Origin: Nitrospiraceae bacterium
GTDB lineage: Bacteria > Nitrospirota > Nitrospiria > Nitrospirales > Nitrospiraceae
Direction of reading: 5' to 3'
DNA: 64,000 nt
Assembly: GCA_050246315.1 (NCBI GenBank)
Contig: JBFWWG010000016.1
Location: forward strand, 18,193-82,192
The notes below the pieces were generated by a model, which was given only the letters and a program-made list of their open reading frames with translations, made no database searches and was not told where the DNA came from. Positions 8,500 to 19,184 of the stretch are shown here, piece by piece (the first letter of the stretch is position 1; every line of letters begins with the position of its first letter). The translations under genes and the position numbers were made by a program.

Positions 8500-9450
8500 A
8501 TGACTACAGGAATCGGATTCGTGTTTCCCGGGCAGGGGTCCCAATCGGTCGGCATGGGGCGACTGTTTCACGAGGCCTCCGATGCCGTCCGCCGAACGTA
8601 CGAGGAAGCTTCAGATGTCCTGGGGTACGATGCGGCAGCCCTCTGTTTCGAAGGCCCGACCGAACGGCTCAACCTGACGGAGTTCACGCAGCCAGCCCTG
8701 CTGGTCGCAAGTATCGCGGCCTGGCGCGCCGGCGCCTTCGACGGTATTCAGGCGGCCGCGGTGGCCGGGCATAGTCTGGGGGAATATTCGGCGTTGGTCG
8801 CGGCAGGCGCGGTTTCCTTCCGTGAAGGGGTGTCGTTGGTTCAGAAACGAGGGCGCTATATGGCTGAATCGGTCCCGGCCGGGACCGGATTGGTGGCGGC
8901 CCTGCTGGGGTTGTCGCCGGAACTGACACAGGCCGCTTGTAAGGAAGCCTCCGCGGTCGGCCTGGTGGCGCCGGCCAATTTTAATTGTCCCGGACAGATC
9001 GTCATCGCTGGAGAAAAGGCCGCCGTGGAACGGGCGATTGAATTGGCCAAAGCCAAGGGAGCCAAACGGGCCCTGCCGCTTCCCGTGAGCGTGCCGGTTC
9101 ATACCCCATTGATGAAACGCGCGGCGGATCGTCTGGCACAGGACTTGGCGGCGGCGCATTGGAACGATCTTCAGGCTCCGCTGGTGAACAACGCCGATGC
9201 CGCCGTGATCCGGTGGTGTTCTGACATTCAGCCCTCGCTGGTCAAGCAATTACCGTCGCCGGTCCGGTGGGAGGAATCTGTCCGGAAGATGGCGTCCATG
9301 GGCGTGACGACCTTCGTCGAAGTGGGACCCGGCACCGTGCTCACAGGCTTGATCAAACGCATCGTCCCGGATGCCACCACCTTCAATGTCCAGGACCCGA
9401 CCTCGCTGGACGCCACTCGCGCCGCGCTGGAGGCCCGAGCCTCTGCGTGA
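8500..9450 (+). CDS. fabD: Malonyl-CoA:ACP transacylase
   Basis: FPGQGSQ, TQPAL, GHSLGEY, VPVHT. Confidence 0.97.
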   Translation: MTTGIGFVFPGQGSQSVGMGRLFHEASDAVRRTYEEASDVLGYDAAALCFEGPTERLNLTEFTQPALLVASIAAWRAGAFDGIQAAAVAGHSLGEYSALVAAGAVSFREGVSLVQKRGRYMAESVPAGTGLVAALLGLSPELTQAACKEASAVGLVAPANFNCPGQIVIAGEKAAVERAIELAKAKGAKRALPLPVSVPVHTPLMKRAADRLAQDLAAAHWNDLQAPLVNNADAAVIRWCSDIQPSLVKQLPSPVRWEESVRKMASMGVTTFVEVGPGTVLTGLIKRIVPDATTFNVQDPTSLDATRAALEARASA

Positions 9451-9526
9451 AACCGTTCGATTGCACGCGATCGCCTTCACGAATCAGTCTTATGGGTTGC
9501 ATGCTGATTGACAAAGGAAGAGTGAC

Positions 9527-10273
9527 ATGTCGTCTTTGACAGGGAAAGTCGCCATCGTTACGGGGGCCGCTCAAGGAATCGGCCGCGCCATTGCTGAAAC
9601 GCTCGCGCGCCACGGAGCAGACATTGTGGTGGCCGATATGGACCCAGGTCGGGCCGAAGAAACCGCCGCGGCCGTCGTTCAGCTCGGGCGCCGGGCCCTG
9701 ACGATGAAGGTGAACGTCGCGAACTGGGAAGAGGTCAAGGGCATGGCCGACCGGGTCGTGAAGGACTGGAACAAGGTCGATATCTTGGTCAACAACGCCG
9801 GGATCACGCGGGACGGGTTGCTGTTGCGTATGCGCGAGGAGGATTGGAATCTGGTCCTTCAGGTAAATTTGACCGGGACGTTCTACTGCACCAAGGCCGT
9901 GTTGATGCCGATGACGAAACAACGGTACGGCCGGATCGTCAATATCGCCTCGATCGTCGGGGTAATGGGCAACGTGGGCCAGGCCAACTATGCGGCCTCC
10001 AAGGGTGCGGTGATCGGCTTTACCAAAACCGCCGCGCGAGAATATGCCAGTCGAAACGTGACGGTCAACGCCGTGGCACCGGGCTTCATCGACACGCCGA
10101 TGACACAGAGCCTGTCGCCGGATGTCAAGGAGCAGTTGCAAAAGCAGATCCCGCTAGGACGGCTCGGCCAGCCGGCGGATATTGCAGAAGCGGTCCGATT
10201 CCTGGTATCGGATGAGGCCGGCTACGTGACCGGTCAGGTCCTGCACGTGAACGGCGGCATGTTGATGGTGTAA
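9527..10273 (+). CDS. fabG: 3-oxoacyl-ACP reductase
   Basis: [28 protein letters not shown]. Confidence 0.97.
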   Translation: MSSLTGKVAIVTGAAQGIGRAIAETLARHGADIVVADMDPGRAEETAAAVVQLGRRALTMKVNVANWEEVKGMADRVVKDWNKVDILVNNAGITRDGLLLRMREEDWNLVLQVNLTGTFYCTKAVLMPMTKQRYGRIVNIASIVGVMGNVGQANYAASKGAVIGFTKTAAREYASRNVTVNAVAPGFIDTPMTQSLSPDVKEQLQKQIPLGRLGQPADIAEAVRFLVSDEAGYVTGQVLHVNGGMLMV

Positions 10274-10355
10274 TTCCAGGCACCTGTCGGAAGAAATCTT
10301 GTGCGGCGATGTGTTGGTTGCCGCGAGTGAGTTGGAGCAACAGGAGGGAGACGTT

Positions 10356-10610
10356 ATGGCAGACGAAGGACGCAAAGCGACGACGGTGGACGAGCGGGTC
10401 AAGAAGATCATTGCGGAGCAGCTTGGAGTCGAGGAAGATGAAGTGACTCCGGAAGCGTCGTTCGTCGAGGACCTTGGCGCCGACTCGCTCGATACGGTCG
10501 AGCTGGTCATGGCGCTGGAGGAGGAATTCGAGATCGAAATCCCCGACGAAGACGCCGAAAAAATTCTCACGGTGGGCAAAGCGCTCGACTATATCAAAGA
10601 GAAGGTCTGA
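10356..10610 (+). CDS. acpP: Acyl carrier protein
   Basis: [20 protein letters not shown]. Confidence 0.97.
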   Translation: MADEGRKATTVDERVKKIIAEQLGVEEDEVTPEASFVEDLGADSLDTVELVMALEEEFEIEIPDEDAEKILTVGKALDYIKEKV

Positions 10611-10628
10611 GAAGACGGCGGGACTCGT

Positions 10629-11882
10629 ATGAACCAGGTGGGAGCACAACGGCGTGTGATGGTGACCGGGTTGGGGGCGGTGACCCCGTTGGGCACCGGC
10701 GTGGAGAAGACCTGGAATGCCATCTGTGCCGGGCAATCGGGCATCGGCCGCATTGCGCGCTTCGACCCAGCCGGGTATGACGCGCAGATCGCCGGCGAGG
10801 TCAAGGACTTCGATCCTGCGCAGTTCATCGAGAAGAAAGAGATCAAGAAGATGGACACGTTCATCCACTATGCCGTCGGCGCTGCCCAGATGGCGGTGGA
10901 TGACGCCGGATACAAAGTCGCTCCGGAAGAGGCGACCCGTGTCGGGGTCTATATCGGATCGGGGATCGGCGGGCTGGGGTCTATCGAGTATTACGGTAAG
11001 GTGCTCAAGGAAAAAGGGCCGGGCCGAGTCTCCCCCTTCTTTATTCCCATGACCATCATCAACCTGGCTTCAGGCCAGGTCGCGATCCGCATGGGGGCCA
11101 AGGGTCCGAATTCCTGTGCGGTCACGGCCTGCGCGACCGGCAACCATTGCATCGGCGATGCGTTTCGGCTCATCCAGCGTGATGAAGCGGATGTGATGGT
11201 TGCGGGTGGAGCCGAGGCGGCCATCACCCCGCTGGGTGTCGCCGGATTCGCGTCTGCCAAGGCGTTGTCGTTTCGAAACGACGAGCCGACCAGAGCCAGC
11301 CGTCCGTTCGACCGAGACCGTGATGGCTTTGTGCTGGGCGAGGGCGCAGGCGTGTTGGTATTAGAGGAATTGGAGCATGCGCGCCGGAGAGGCGCCCGGA
11401 TCTACGCCGAGGTGATCGGCTATGCAATGAACAGCGACGCTTACCACATCACGGCGCCTCCCGAAGAAGGGGAGGGGGCCGTGCGCTGTATGGAGTTGGC
11501 GCTCAAGGATGCGGGGATCGCCAAGCACCAGGTTGGATACATCAACGCGCATGGAACTTCCACGATGGCGGATGCCATCGAGACCAAGGCGATCAAACAG
11601 GTGTTTGGAGAGCAGGCCTACAGGATTCCGGTCAGCTCGACGAAGTCGATGACAGGCCATCTGCTGGGGGCCGCGGGAGGGATTGAGGCGATATTCTCGA
11701 TTCTGGCGATTCACCACGGCCTGTTGCCTCCGACGATCAATCTGGAGCATCCAGATCCAGCCTGCGACCTGGACTATGTACCGAACAAGGTTCGGCCCGC
11801 GTCACCGTCGGTGGCCTTATCGAACTCGTTCGGCTTCGGCGGGGTCAATGCCTGCGTTCTGTTCCAGCGCATGGGTGCATGA
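10629..11882 (+). CDS. fabF: 3-oxoacyl-ACP synthase II
   Basis: TACATG, NAHGTST, KSMTGHLLGAAG, NSFGFGG. Confidence 0.97.
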   Translation: MNQVGAQRRVMVTGLGAVTPLGTGVEKTWNAICAGQSGIGRIARFDPAGYDAQIAGEVKDFDPAQFIEKKEIKKMDTFIHYAVGAAQMAVDDAGYKVAPEEATRVGVYIGSGIGGLGSIEYYGKVLKEKGPGRVSPFFIPMTIINLASGQVAIRMGAKGPNSCAVTACATGNHCIGDAFRLIQRDEADVMVAGGAEAAITPLGVAGFASAKALSFRNDEPTRASRPFDRDRDGFVLGEGAGVLVLEELEHARRRGARIYAEVIGYAMNSDAYHITAPPEEGEGAVRCMELALKDAGIAKHQVGYINAHGTSTMADAIETKAIKQVFGEQAYRIPVSSTKSMTGHLLGAAGGIEAIFSILAIHHGLLPPTINLEHPDPACDLDYVPNKVRPASPSVALSNSFGFGGVNACVLFQRMGA

Positions 11883-11921
11883 AACGCCGCATCCCCTTCC
11901 TTTCAATACGGACATGACGAC

Positions 11922-12644
11922 ATGGACAGGCGGAACGGCATTGACGCCGCGCTGGGCTATGTGTTCCGCCAGCCGGCCTGGCTCGACGAAGCGCTGACCC
12001 ACAAATCGTTTCTCAACGAACAACGGCTAAAATCCGGACGACATAACGAGCGGCTCGAACTGCTGGGTGATACGGTGCTGGCGCTTGTCGTCACCGATTA
12101 TCTTATCGATCGCTTCCCTCATCTCGATGAGGGCCGGCTTTCGAAGCTGAAGGGCCACTTGGTGAGCGCTCAGGTCCTGGCCAAGGCGGCTCAGCGTCTG
12201 GAGCTAGGACGGTTTCTCAGGCTCGGTCGAGGAGAAGAAGCCACGCAAGGTCGCGAGAAGCAGTCGGTGTTGGCCGACGCGTTCGAAGCGGTGCTGGCCG
12301 CAATCTATCGGGACGGCGGGCTTGACGAGGCCCGGGCGTTCGCGTTACGCGTGTTGGAGGCGGAGCTGCTCGCGCTGGACCAGACCGGCGGCCGGCCGAC
12401 TCAGGAGGACTTCAAGACTCAGCTCCAGGAATATTGCCAGAGCCGCCTCGACATGTTGCCACACTACCACGTGACCGCTGAATCGGGGCCCGACCACCGA
12501 AAGGTGTTCGAGGTGGAACTCACCATCGGTGGGCGGGCATATGGAGTTGGACACGGTCATACCAAGAAAGCGGCGGAGCAAGCGGCTGCCCGCGAGGCCT
12601 TGGGCCGCCTCGGAGAGGAAGACGGAACGCCGATTCTCGACTGA
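11922..12644 (+). CDS. rnc: Ribonuclease III
   Basis: ALTHKS, NERLELLGD, ADAFEA, C-terminal dsRBD (KKAAEQAAA). Confidence 0.96.
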   Translation: MDRRNGIDAALGYVFRQPAWLDEALTHKSFLNEQRLKSGRHNERLELLGDTVLALVVTDYLIDRFPHLDEGRLSKLKGHLVSAQVLAKAAQRLELGRFLRLGRGEEATQGREKQSVLADAFEAVLAAIYRDGGLDEARAFALRVLEAELLALDQTGGRPTQEDFKTQLQEYCQSRLDMLPHYHVTAESGPDHRKVFEVELTIGGRAYGVGHGHTKKAAEQAAAREALGRLGEEDGTPILD

Positions 12645-12699
12645 GAACCATCGCAGCAACACCACAAGCAATCTCGAGTCAACAAACAGGGAGGAAAGG

Positions 12700-13287
12700 A
12701 TGGCGACCATCATCAAAGGACTCGGCATCGCAGTCATGGCGGGGGGCTTGGTCTTGGGAGGAATCTTCTCGGGGCCGGTCGCAGGGGCGGCAGAATCTTC
12801 CAAGCAGCCCACGCGGGCGCTCATTAAAACCAAACACGGCGAGATCGAGCTCAAGTTTTTCCCGGATGTGGCCCCGAACCATGTCGAGAATTTCGTCAAG
12901 CTGGCGAAATCCGGGTTCTATAACGGGACCATCTTTCATCGAGTGATTCCCGGCTTCATGATTCAGGGTGGAGATCCCAACACCAAAGATCTCTCCAAGA
13001 AGGATACCTATGGCATGGGTGGGCCTGGGTACAATGTGAAAGCCGAGTTTAACGAGATTCCGCACAAGCGGGGCATCGTCTCGATGGCACGATCGGCGGA
13101 TCCCGACAGCGCCGGGAGTCAGTTCTTCATTGTGGTGGAGGACTCCCGGTTTCTGGACCGGAAATACACCGCCTTCGGAGAGGTGACGAAGGGGATCGGG
13201 GTTGCCGACAAGATTGTCAACCTGCCGCGTGATGCCAAGGACAATCCGATCGAGCGCGTGGAAATGACTGTGACGATTCTGGAATAG
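12700..13287 (+). CDS. Cyclophilin-type peptidyl-prolyl isomerase with a signal peptide
   Basis: FHRVIPGFMIQGGDP, SMAR, AGSQFFI; hydrophobic N-terminus. Confidence 0.93.
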   Translation: MATIIKGLGIAVMAGGLVLGGIFSGPVAGAAESSKQPTRALIKTKHGEIELKFFPDVAPNHVENFVKLAKSGFYNGTIFHRVIPGFMIQGGDPNTKDLSKKDTYGMGGPGYNVKAEFNEIPHKRGIVSMARSADPDSAGSQFFIVVEDSRFLDRKYTAFGEVTKGIGVADKIVNLPRDAKDNPIERVEMTVTILE

Positions 13288-13324
13288 CCGAGTCCCGTGC
13301 CGGCGGAGAACTTGCCCCGGGCCG

Positions 13325-13906
13325 TCAGAAGGGCGAGGTGCCCTGTTTGGTCTGAATCAGTTGCTGGAGGTGCTGAAGGGCCTTGGTGGCCCGCTCAGCG
13401 GAGGAGACACCCTGAAATAGGAGGGTCTCTTCGACGAACTGGGCCCGACGTTCATTGACCTTGCCCTGGCACAGCACGACCTTTTCCACACAGCGGGCTT
13501 TTCCTCGGCAGACCAGTCGGACGGCCTGATATTTCCGGCCGTCGGCGAGCGTTTTCTCACCGTCGTAGTCGATGTGCTCGACATCGTGTAGGTCGAGCCT
13601 CGTTGAACCTGTGCGGGCGCTCCAAGAGCCGTGGTTGAGTTCAATCAACCCGGCGTTGGCACCGGTCGGGATCACCGCGTAGATTCTGGTTACGGACGGC
13701 AGCTTGCCGATATCCTCTTCCTTGCAACTGAGCGCCCTGATGACGGCCTGCGCGCCGGTGAAATCCGTGAGGAACTGGGACGTTTCTTCAAGAGTCTGGC
13801 AGAGGGCCGGGTAGGGGACGGTGAGGCACCCCGCGATCCACCCGATCGTCGTGGCCGTTCGCAGCAAGCGGATGCGGTTGCGAGGGATGTCGGCGCTGGT
13901 CTTCAT
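13325..13906 (-). CDS. Hypothetical exported protein
   Basis: 193-aa ORF with a signal-peptide-like N-terminus and several Cys. Confidence 0.6.
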   Translation of the reverse strand: MKTSADIPRNRIRLLRTATTIGWIAGCLTVPYPALCQTLEETSQFLTDFTGAQAVIRALSCKEEDIGKLPSVTRIYAVIPTGANAGLIELNHGSWSARTGSTRLDLHDVEHIDYDGEKTLADGRKYQAVRLVCRGKARCVEKVVLCQGKVNERRAQFVEETLLFQGVSSAERATKALQHLQQLIQTKQGTSPF

Positions 13907-14009
13907 GCCCCCACCGTACTGAAATCACGCCGGGCATTCAAGCGGTTGGCGATTGCGTCCGACGCTGTAAGTGAGTTTCCGAATGCGGTATGAGCCCCGG
14001 ATTCCTGGT

Positions 14010-14711
14010 TCAGTGCTGATGATGTTCGCAACCGGGTCCATGGACATGCGGGGCCTGGCCACCGGGCGGCAGTGCGAATTGGCCGGGGATAATGATGCTT
14101 TTGCGGTCGTCGCGGCGGGCCAAGTGTTCGGCGATCTCCGGATGCGCGGCGCGCACGTAGCCGATCAGAGCCTGCAGAAACCGCTGGGATTGAAATGCGT
14201 CGCCTGAAAACTCGGAAATAAACCTCACCGCTCGGTCGAGCACCTCCGGCGAGCTTTGCAATTCGACCATGTCCTGGGGTTGCTGTTTCTTGAACGCGTC
14301 GTATTCCTTTTTCAGATGCTCGGCGAAGACCGGAAGCGGTCCCCCAGGGACATGCAGAGGGCTCAATCCACGGCGTAGGGCCTGGAGTCCCGCGATCACC
14401 TCCGCGTCCTGCCCGTCTCGCCGATCTTGGAAGTATCCAAAAGCGACCACTTCAACCAGGTTGAACAGGGCTGCGGCCTTGTCTCCGCCCAGCTCGGCGA
14501 GTTGGCGATAGAACTCGCGCCGTAGCGGGGCCAACAGGTCGCCCAACCGCTTTTGCTGGTAATCCATGCCGGTATGCAAGTAGGCACAATCGGGCGGGCA
14601 GGCAATTCGGACAACCCGCGATTCTCCGCAACAGTTGGGGCAAATCAATCCGCCTAGAGCGGGACAGCTCCGCTTGCCCTTGCGTTGATGGCAATAGATG
14701 CACTTGCTCAC
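14010..14711 (-). CDS. Hypothetical protein with an N-terminal Cys-rich (Zn-binding) region
   Basis: CIYC...CPA...ICPNCC...CPPDCAY; His-rich C-terminus. Confidence 0.75.
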   Translation of the reverse strand: MSKCIYCHQRKGKRSCPALGGLICPNCCGESRVVRIACPPDCAYLHTGMDYQQKRLGDLLAPLRREFYRQLAELGGDKAAALFNLVEVVAFGYFQDRRDGQDAEVIAGLQALRRGLSPLHVPGGPLPVFAEHLKKEYDAFKKQQPQDMVELQSSPEVLDRAVRFISEFSGDAFQSQRFLQALIGYVRAAHPEIAEHLARRDDRKSIIIPGQFALPPGGQAPHVHGPGCEHHQH

Positions 14712-15763
14712 TTGGATGGCGCCTCTTTGGGTGGGCCGTCTTTCGGCGGGCCGGTAAAGCCGTAGTCGGCCAGCGTCCGCCTCGTGTCACCCGATTTCAC
14801 GGGCGATTCCAGTCCGTTCACTTCCGCGGCGTCTCCGTAGTGGTAGGGAACCAGGATGACGTGGTTTGTGCGGTCGATGGCGATGTCGGCGGGCGAGGGG
14901 AGGTATTCGGCGATGACCTGGAGTTTACGATCCGACGCCATGCGCCAAATTTTTCCCCTGGTGAAGTCCGAGATGTACATGCTGCCCCATCGGTCGAAAT
15001 CCACCCCCGAGAGGTTCCCGAACCGTGAGGAGAAAAACCCGTTCGAGATCAATTCCGTGATCGTCCCGTCCAGCCGCACCTCCACGATGTTTCCCTTGTC
15101 CCAACTGACCACGACGAGCCGATCCCCTTTCGGGTGAACGGCCAATCCTGCGGGACCGCCCAACTGCGGGTCTCGCACCAGGGTCGAAACCTGGTGCTGA
15201 TGCGGCACATCGATGCGGAAAATGCTCTGTCCAGTCCGGTCGGACACGTAGAGCAAGTCCTTGCCGTCGTAGGCGATGTCCATGAGTAGACTGGAATGCC
15301 CGGCCTGCGGGAGGGCTCCGGACCCCAGCGGGAAGGTCAGGAGCAGCTTGCCCGTTGACTTGTCGAAGCCGCGCACCTGGTCCAGGTCGGCCACGTACAG
15401 GGTCTGTCCCACGATGGCGAGTCCTCTGGGTGCGTGCAAGGTGACGCCATCGCGGCCCCCTTCGATGAATTTCAGTGCGACGACCTTCCCGGACTCGTCC
15501 ACCTTGGTGATAAAGCCATTGTTGTCTCGGGCGTCTTCGTCGCCGTTGATACTCGAGATAAAGTATTCCTTGGTGTCCGGATCGACGACGAAACTGTACG
15601 GCCCGCGGAGTTCCAGGATCTGCAGACCGAAGGCCGGGACTGTGCCGAAACAGAGCGCCGCTGCCATGGCGAGGGCGCGCAGGATCGGCCTATAAATGGT
15701 GGTCTCTTGGAGCCTGTTCCCTTGTCGGGCTGGCGGAAGCAGGGTGGGTTTTTGTTGAAGCAT
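14708..15763 (-). CDS. SMP-30/gluconolactonase/NHL-like beta-propeller protein, probably exported (start uncertain)
   Basis: LHAPRGLAI..TLYVAD, LLYVSD, GPAGLAV, PADIAID repeats. Confidence 0.75.
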   Translation of the reverse strand: MLQQKPTLLPPARQGNRLQETTIYRPILRALAMAAALCFGTVPAFGLQILELRGPYSFVVDPDTKEYFISSINGDEDARDNNGFITKVDESGKVVALKFIEGGRDGVTLHAPRGLAIVGQTLYVADLDQVRGFDKSTGKLLLTFPLGSGALPQAGHSSLLMDIAYDGKDLLYVSDRTGQSIFRIDVPHQHQVSTLVRDPQLGGPAGLAVHPKGDRLVVVSWDKGNIVEVRLDGTITELISNGFFSSRFGNLSGVDFDRWGSMYISDFTRGKIWRMASDRKLQVIAEYLPSPADIAIDRTNHVILVPYHYGDAAEVNGLESPVKSGDTRRTLADYGFTGPPKDGPPKEAPSK

Positions 15764-16013
15764 CAAGACCGAACGGCGGTTTGTGCCCGATGGTGTGTGA
15801 TGAAATCCGTCCCGCATCGTATCGGACGCTTAAATCGGGTGTCAAGGAACCGGGGCGGGGAGCGCCGATCCGCGCGCGTTGACTTGTCGCGGAGGCCCCT
15901 GTTATGGTCGGATTTTGATATTGATTTCGCGCGCCTGCGTTCGATGGAGACGCTCTCCAGAGCGCGGCTGTCGCGCTCATCGCAGCCTACTTTTGTCCAG
16001 GGAGGAGAAGAAC

Positions 16014-16874
16014 GTGGCAGCTCAGCTCATCGACGGCAAAGCGCTCGCGCAGCAGATTCGGGAACGGATCGCCAAAGACGTCGTGGATCTGGTCGCCCAG
16101 AAGGGAGTGCGCCCCGGGCTGGCTGCGATCCTGGTGGGCGATGATCCCGCCTCCCATATCTATGTCCGCAACAAACAGAAGGCTTGCGACGCAGCCGGCA
16201 TTTATGTGGATGAGAACAAGCTTCCGACCTCCACGACGCAGGCGGAGCTGCTGCGGCTAATCGAAAAAGTGAATGCCGATCCAAAAATTCATGGTATTCT
16301 GGTGCAACTTCCGCTGCCGAAGCATATCGACAGCAAGGTCATTCTGGATTCGGTGTCTCCCCTCAAGGATGCGGACGGATTCCATCCCTACAATTTCGGT
16401 CGTTTGGTCGAAGGGAACCCCATCTTCGAGGCCTGCACGCCCAAAGGCGTGATCAAGATGATCGAATCCACAGGAGTGGCGATCGAGAGCAAGCGGGCCG
16501 TCGTCCTCGGCCGCAGCAACATCGTCGGCAAGCCTGCGGCGTTGCTGTTGTTGCATCGCCATGCGACCGTGACGATTTGCCACAGCAAGACCAAGGATCT
16601 GCCGGCCGTCTGCCGGGAAGCCGACATTCTGGTCGTGGCCATCGGCAAGGCCAAGTTCGTCACCGCCGATATGGTCCGAGAGGGCGCGATGGTCATCGAT
16701 GTCGGGACCAATCGAACTGCTGAAGGGAAAGTGGTCGGCGACGTGGATTACGAGCCGGTGAGCCGAAAGGCCGGATGGATCAGTCCGGTTCCGGGTGGCG
16801 TGGGGCCGATGACGATCGCGATGTTGCTCGACAATACGCTGGAGTCGGCCAAGCGGGCGGCCGGGTTGGTGTAA
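16014..16874 (+). CDS. folD: Bifunctional methylene-THF dehydrogenase/cyclohydrolase
   Basis: YVRNK, GILVQLPLP, KDADG, GRSNIVGKP, PVPGGVGPMT. Confidence 0.97.
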   Translation: MAAQLIDGKALAQQIRERIAKDVVDLVAQKGVRPGLAAILVGDDPASHIYVRNKQKACDAAGIYVDENKLPTSTTQAELLRLIEKVNADPKIHGILVQLPLPKHIDSKVILDSVSPLKDADGFHPYNFGRLVEGNPIFEACTPKGVIKMIESTGVAIESKRAVVLGRSNIVGKPAALLLLHRHATVTICHSKTKDLPAVCREADILVVAIGKAKFVTADMVREGAMVIDVGTNRTAEGKVVGDVDYEPVSRKAGWISPVPGGVGPMTIAMLLDNTLESAKRAAGLV

Positions 16875-16889
16875 GGTAGACCTGACCAC

Positions 16890-17780
16890 ATGATGCGCGA
16901 ACCGCGACGGCTGAAGGAAGTGCTGGATCAGGGCCAGTTTGCCGTCACCATCGAGTACAATCCCCCCAAAGGCACCAATATCAGCGGCCTGGTCGAGAGC
17001 GCCAAGTCCTTGGTCGGACGCGTGCATGGCGTCAACGTCACAGACTGCACGGCGGCGATCATGAGGGCCAGCTCGCTCTCGGTCTGTCGGATTCTCTACG
17101 AGCTGGGGCACGATCCGGTCATGCAGATGACCTGTCGGGACCGCAACCGGATCGCGATTCAGGCGGATCTGTTAGGCGGGCACTTGCTGGGCATCCGGAA
17201 CATTCTCTGTCTGACCGGCGATTACCCGACTGTGGGAGACCACAAGGATGCGAAGCCCGTCTACGACCTGGATTCCGTCCAGATCATGCAGATCGTTCAG
17301 GGGCTCAATAACGGTCGGGACTGGGCCGGCAACAAGCTGGATGGTCCGACCGACTTCACCCCTGGCGGGGCGGTCACGCCGGAGGCCGATCCGCTGGGGC
17401 CGATGCTGGCGAAGTTCGAAACGAAGGTCAAGGCCGGCGCCCACTTCTTTCAAACCCAAGCCATCTACCATCCCGAGCAGTTTGCGACCTTCATGCAGGC
17501 CGTGCGCAAGTTCAAGGTCAAGGTGCTGGCCGGGATTCTGCTCTTGCGCAACGCGAAAATGGCCGAGTTCATGAATGCCAATATTCCCGGCGTCTCGGTA
17601 CCGCAGGAGATGATCGACGAACTCAAGGCCGCCGGCGACAAACATGCCATCGAAGCCGGCGTGGAGATCGCCGTCCGCACGATCAAGGCCGTGCGCTCCC
17701 ATTGCGACGGGGTCCACATCATGGCCATCAAGGCCACCGACCGGTTGCCTCAGATCCTCACCAACGCCTCCCTCGGCTGA
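16890..17780 (+). CDS. metF: Methylenetetrahydrofolate reductase
   Basis: EYNPPK, QMTCRDRN, LCLTGD, GAHFFQTQ. Confidence 0.9.
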   Translation: MMREPRRLKEVLDQGQFAVTIEYNPPKGTNISGLVESAKSLVGRVHGVNVTDCTAAIMRASSLSVCRILYELGHDPVMQMTCRDRNRIAIQADLLGGHLLGIRNILCLTGDYPTVGDHKDAKPVYDLDSVQIMQIVQGLNNGRDWAGNKLDGPTDFTPGGAVTPEADPLGPMLAKFETKVKAGAHFFQTQAIYHPEQFATFMQAVRKFKVKVLAGILLLRNAKMAEFMNANIPGVSVPQEMIDELKAAGDKHAIEAGVEIAVRTIKAVRSHCDGVHIMAIKATDRLPQILTNASLG

Positions 17781-18568
17781 TGAACATTCCCGACTTCCAG
17801 CGCGCGAAGCGCGAAGGAAAGAGGATTGTCGTCGTGACCGGGTACGACGCCCTGTTCTCCCGCATCATCGAGCAGGCGGGGATCGAGGTCATCCTCGTCG
17901 GCGATTCATTGGGTATCGTCGTCCAGGGGAAGCACGATACCCTCACCGTGACCATGGAAGACATGGTCTATCACACGCGGCTGGTGGCCGGGGCGACGGA
18001 ACGGGCGCTGGTGGTGGCCGACATGCCGTTTCTGTCCTATCAGGTCAGCAACGAGGAAGCGGTGCGAAACGCCGGCCGCCTGATTCAAGCCGGGGCCGCG
18101 GCGGTCAAGCTGGAAGGCGGAGCCAATGTGGTCGAGCGGGTGCAGGCGATGACCCGCTTCGGCATCCCCGTCATGGGGCACGTGGGGATGACTCCGCAGT
18201 CGGTGCGCCAGTATGGCGGCTATAAGGTGCAGGGGAAGGGGGCGGAGCAGGCCAATCGGCTGGTCGAGGATGCCAAGGCCTTGCAGGAGGCCGGAGCCTT
18301 TGCCGTCGTCCTTGAAGCCATGCCCTCCGAGTTGGCGGCCCGCATCACCCGTGATCTCGCGATTCCCACCATTGGGATCGGCGCCGGGGCGTCCTGCGAC
18401 GGGCAAGTCTTGGTTCTCTACGATCTGCTGGGCCTCTTCGACGCCTTCGTGCCCAAGTTCGTGAAGCCCTACGCCCATCTTAAAACCGATGCCTTGCGGG
18501 CCCTCAAGCAGTATAAAGAGGAAGTCGAGCAGGGGCGGTTTCCTACCGATCAAGAAAGCTACCACTAA
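17780..18568 (+). CDS. panB: Ketopantoate hydroxymethyltransferase
   Basis: LVGDSLG, ADMPF, VKLEGG, GIGAG..CDGQVLV. Confidence 0.97.
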   Translation: MNIPDFQRAKREGKRIVVVTGYDALFSRIIEQAGIEVILVGDSLGIVVQGKHDTLTVTMEDMVYHTRLVAGATERALVVADMPFLSYQVSNEEAVRNAGRLIQAGAAAVKLEGGANVVERVQAMTRFGIPVMGHVGMTPQSVRQYGGYKVQGKGAEQANRLVEDAKALQEAGAFAVVLEAMPSELAARITRDLAIPTIGIGAGASCDGQVLVLYDLLGLFDAFVPKFVKPYAHLKTDALRALKQYKEEVEQGRFPTDQESYH

Positions 18569-18733
18569 CAGGATGCTGAAAAAGTCCGCCAGTCGAGTAC
18601 CCGCGTGACGGATGGTTACTTGCTCCCTGGCTGTCGTCAAACGTCAAGCGTCATCCGAACTGCGGTGAAGAGGAAAAGGTGAGAAGACTTTCCGCTGCAG
18701 TATGTTTGACGAATGACGACTGACGAATGACGT
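18569..18733. repeat. Left end of the 5697-type MITE followed by inverted heptamer repeats (CGTCAxx / TGACGxx)
   Basis: CAGGATGCTGAAAAAGTCCGCCAG; TCGTCAAACGTCAAGCGTCA ... TTTGACGAATGACGACTGACGAATGACG. Confidence 0.65.
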
Positions 18734-18950
18734 CTATCCGAGCGGCGGGATTCTCAGAAAGGGCCACATTGACACCCTCTTGGATATCTCAGACAATTCG
18801 GCTGGTCTTGTGGGTGTTGGGATGCGGAACCTCGCGAAATAGGCTACCAGAAGGCGCAGTGTGGCGGCGGCTCACTCCTATGGTTAGGCTAAAGGTAACA
18901 GGAATGGCAAAGATGTGAAGTTCCCAGTATTATCGTAGGGAGGTATCGTC

Positions 18951-19184
18951 ATGGGACATGCGTCAGCGCACGAACCTCCGGGGTTTAGCAAGCTTTCGAA
19001 GGCGGAGCAGATTCGCTATTTGCAGGCGCTCTGGGACCGCATTGCGGAGAATTCGGGCGACCTCCCAGTGCCGCAGAGCCACATCGAGCTGGCAGAACAA
19101 CGGCTCGCTGATTACCGCCGTGACCCCACCAAAGCTCGGTCGGCCCACGATGTCCTTCGGCGTCTCGGTAAGAAGAGCCGGTGA
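18951..19184 (+). CDS. Putative addiction-module antitoxin
   Basis: LSKAEQI..LQALWDRI...ELAEQRLADY pattern; overlaps the downstream toxin gene. Confidence 0.85.
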   Translation: MGHASAHEPPGFSKLSKAEQIRYLQALWDRIAENSGDLPVPQSHIELAEQRLADYRRDPTKARSAHDVLRRLGKKSR

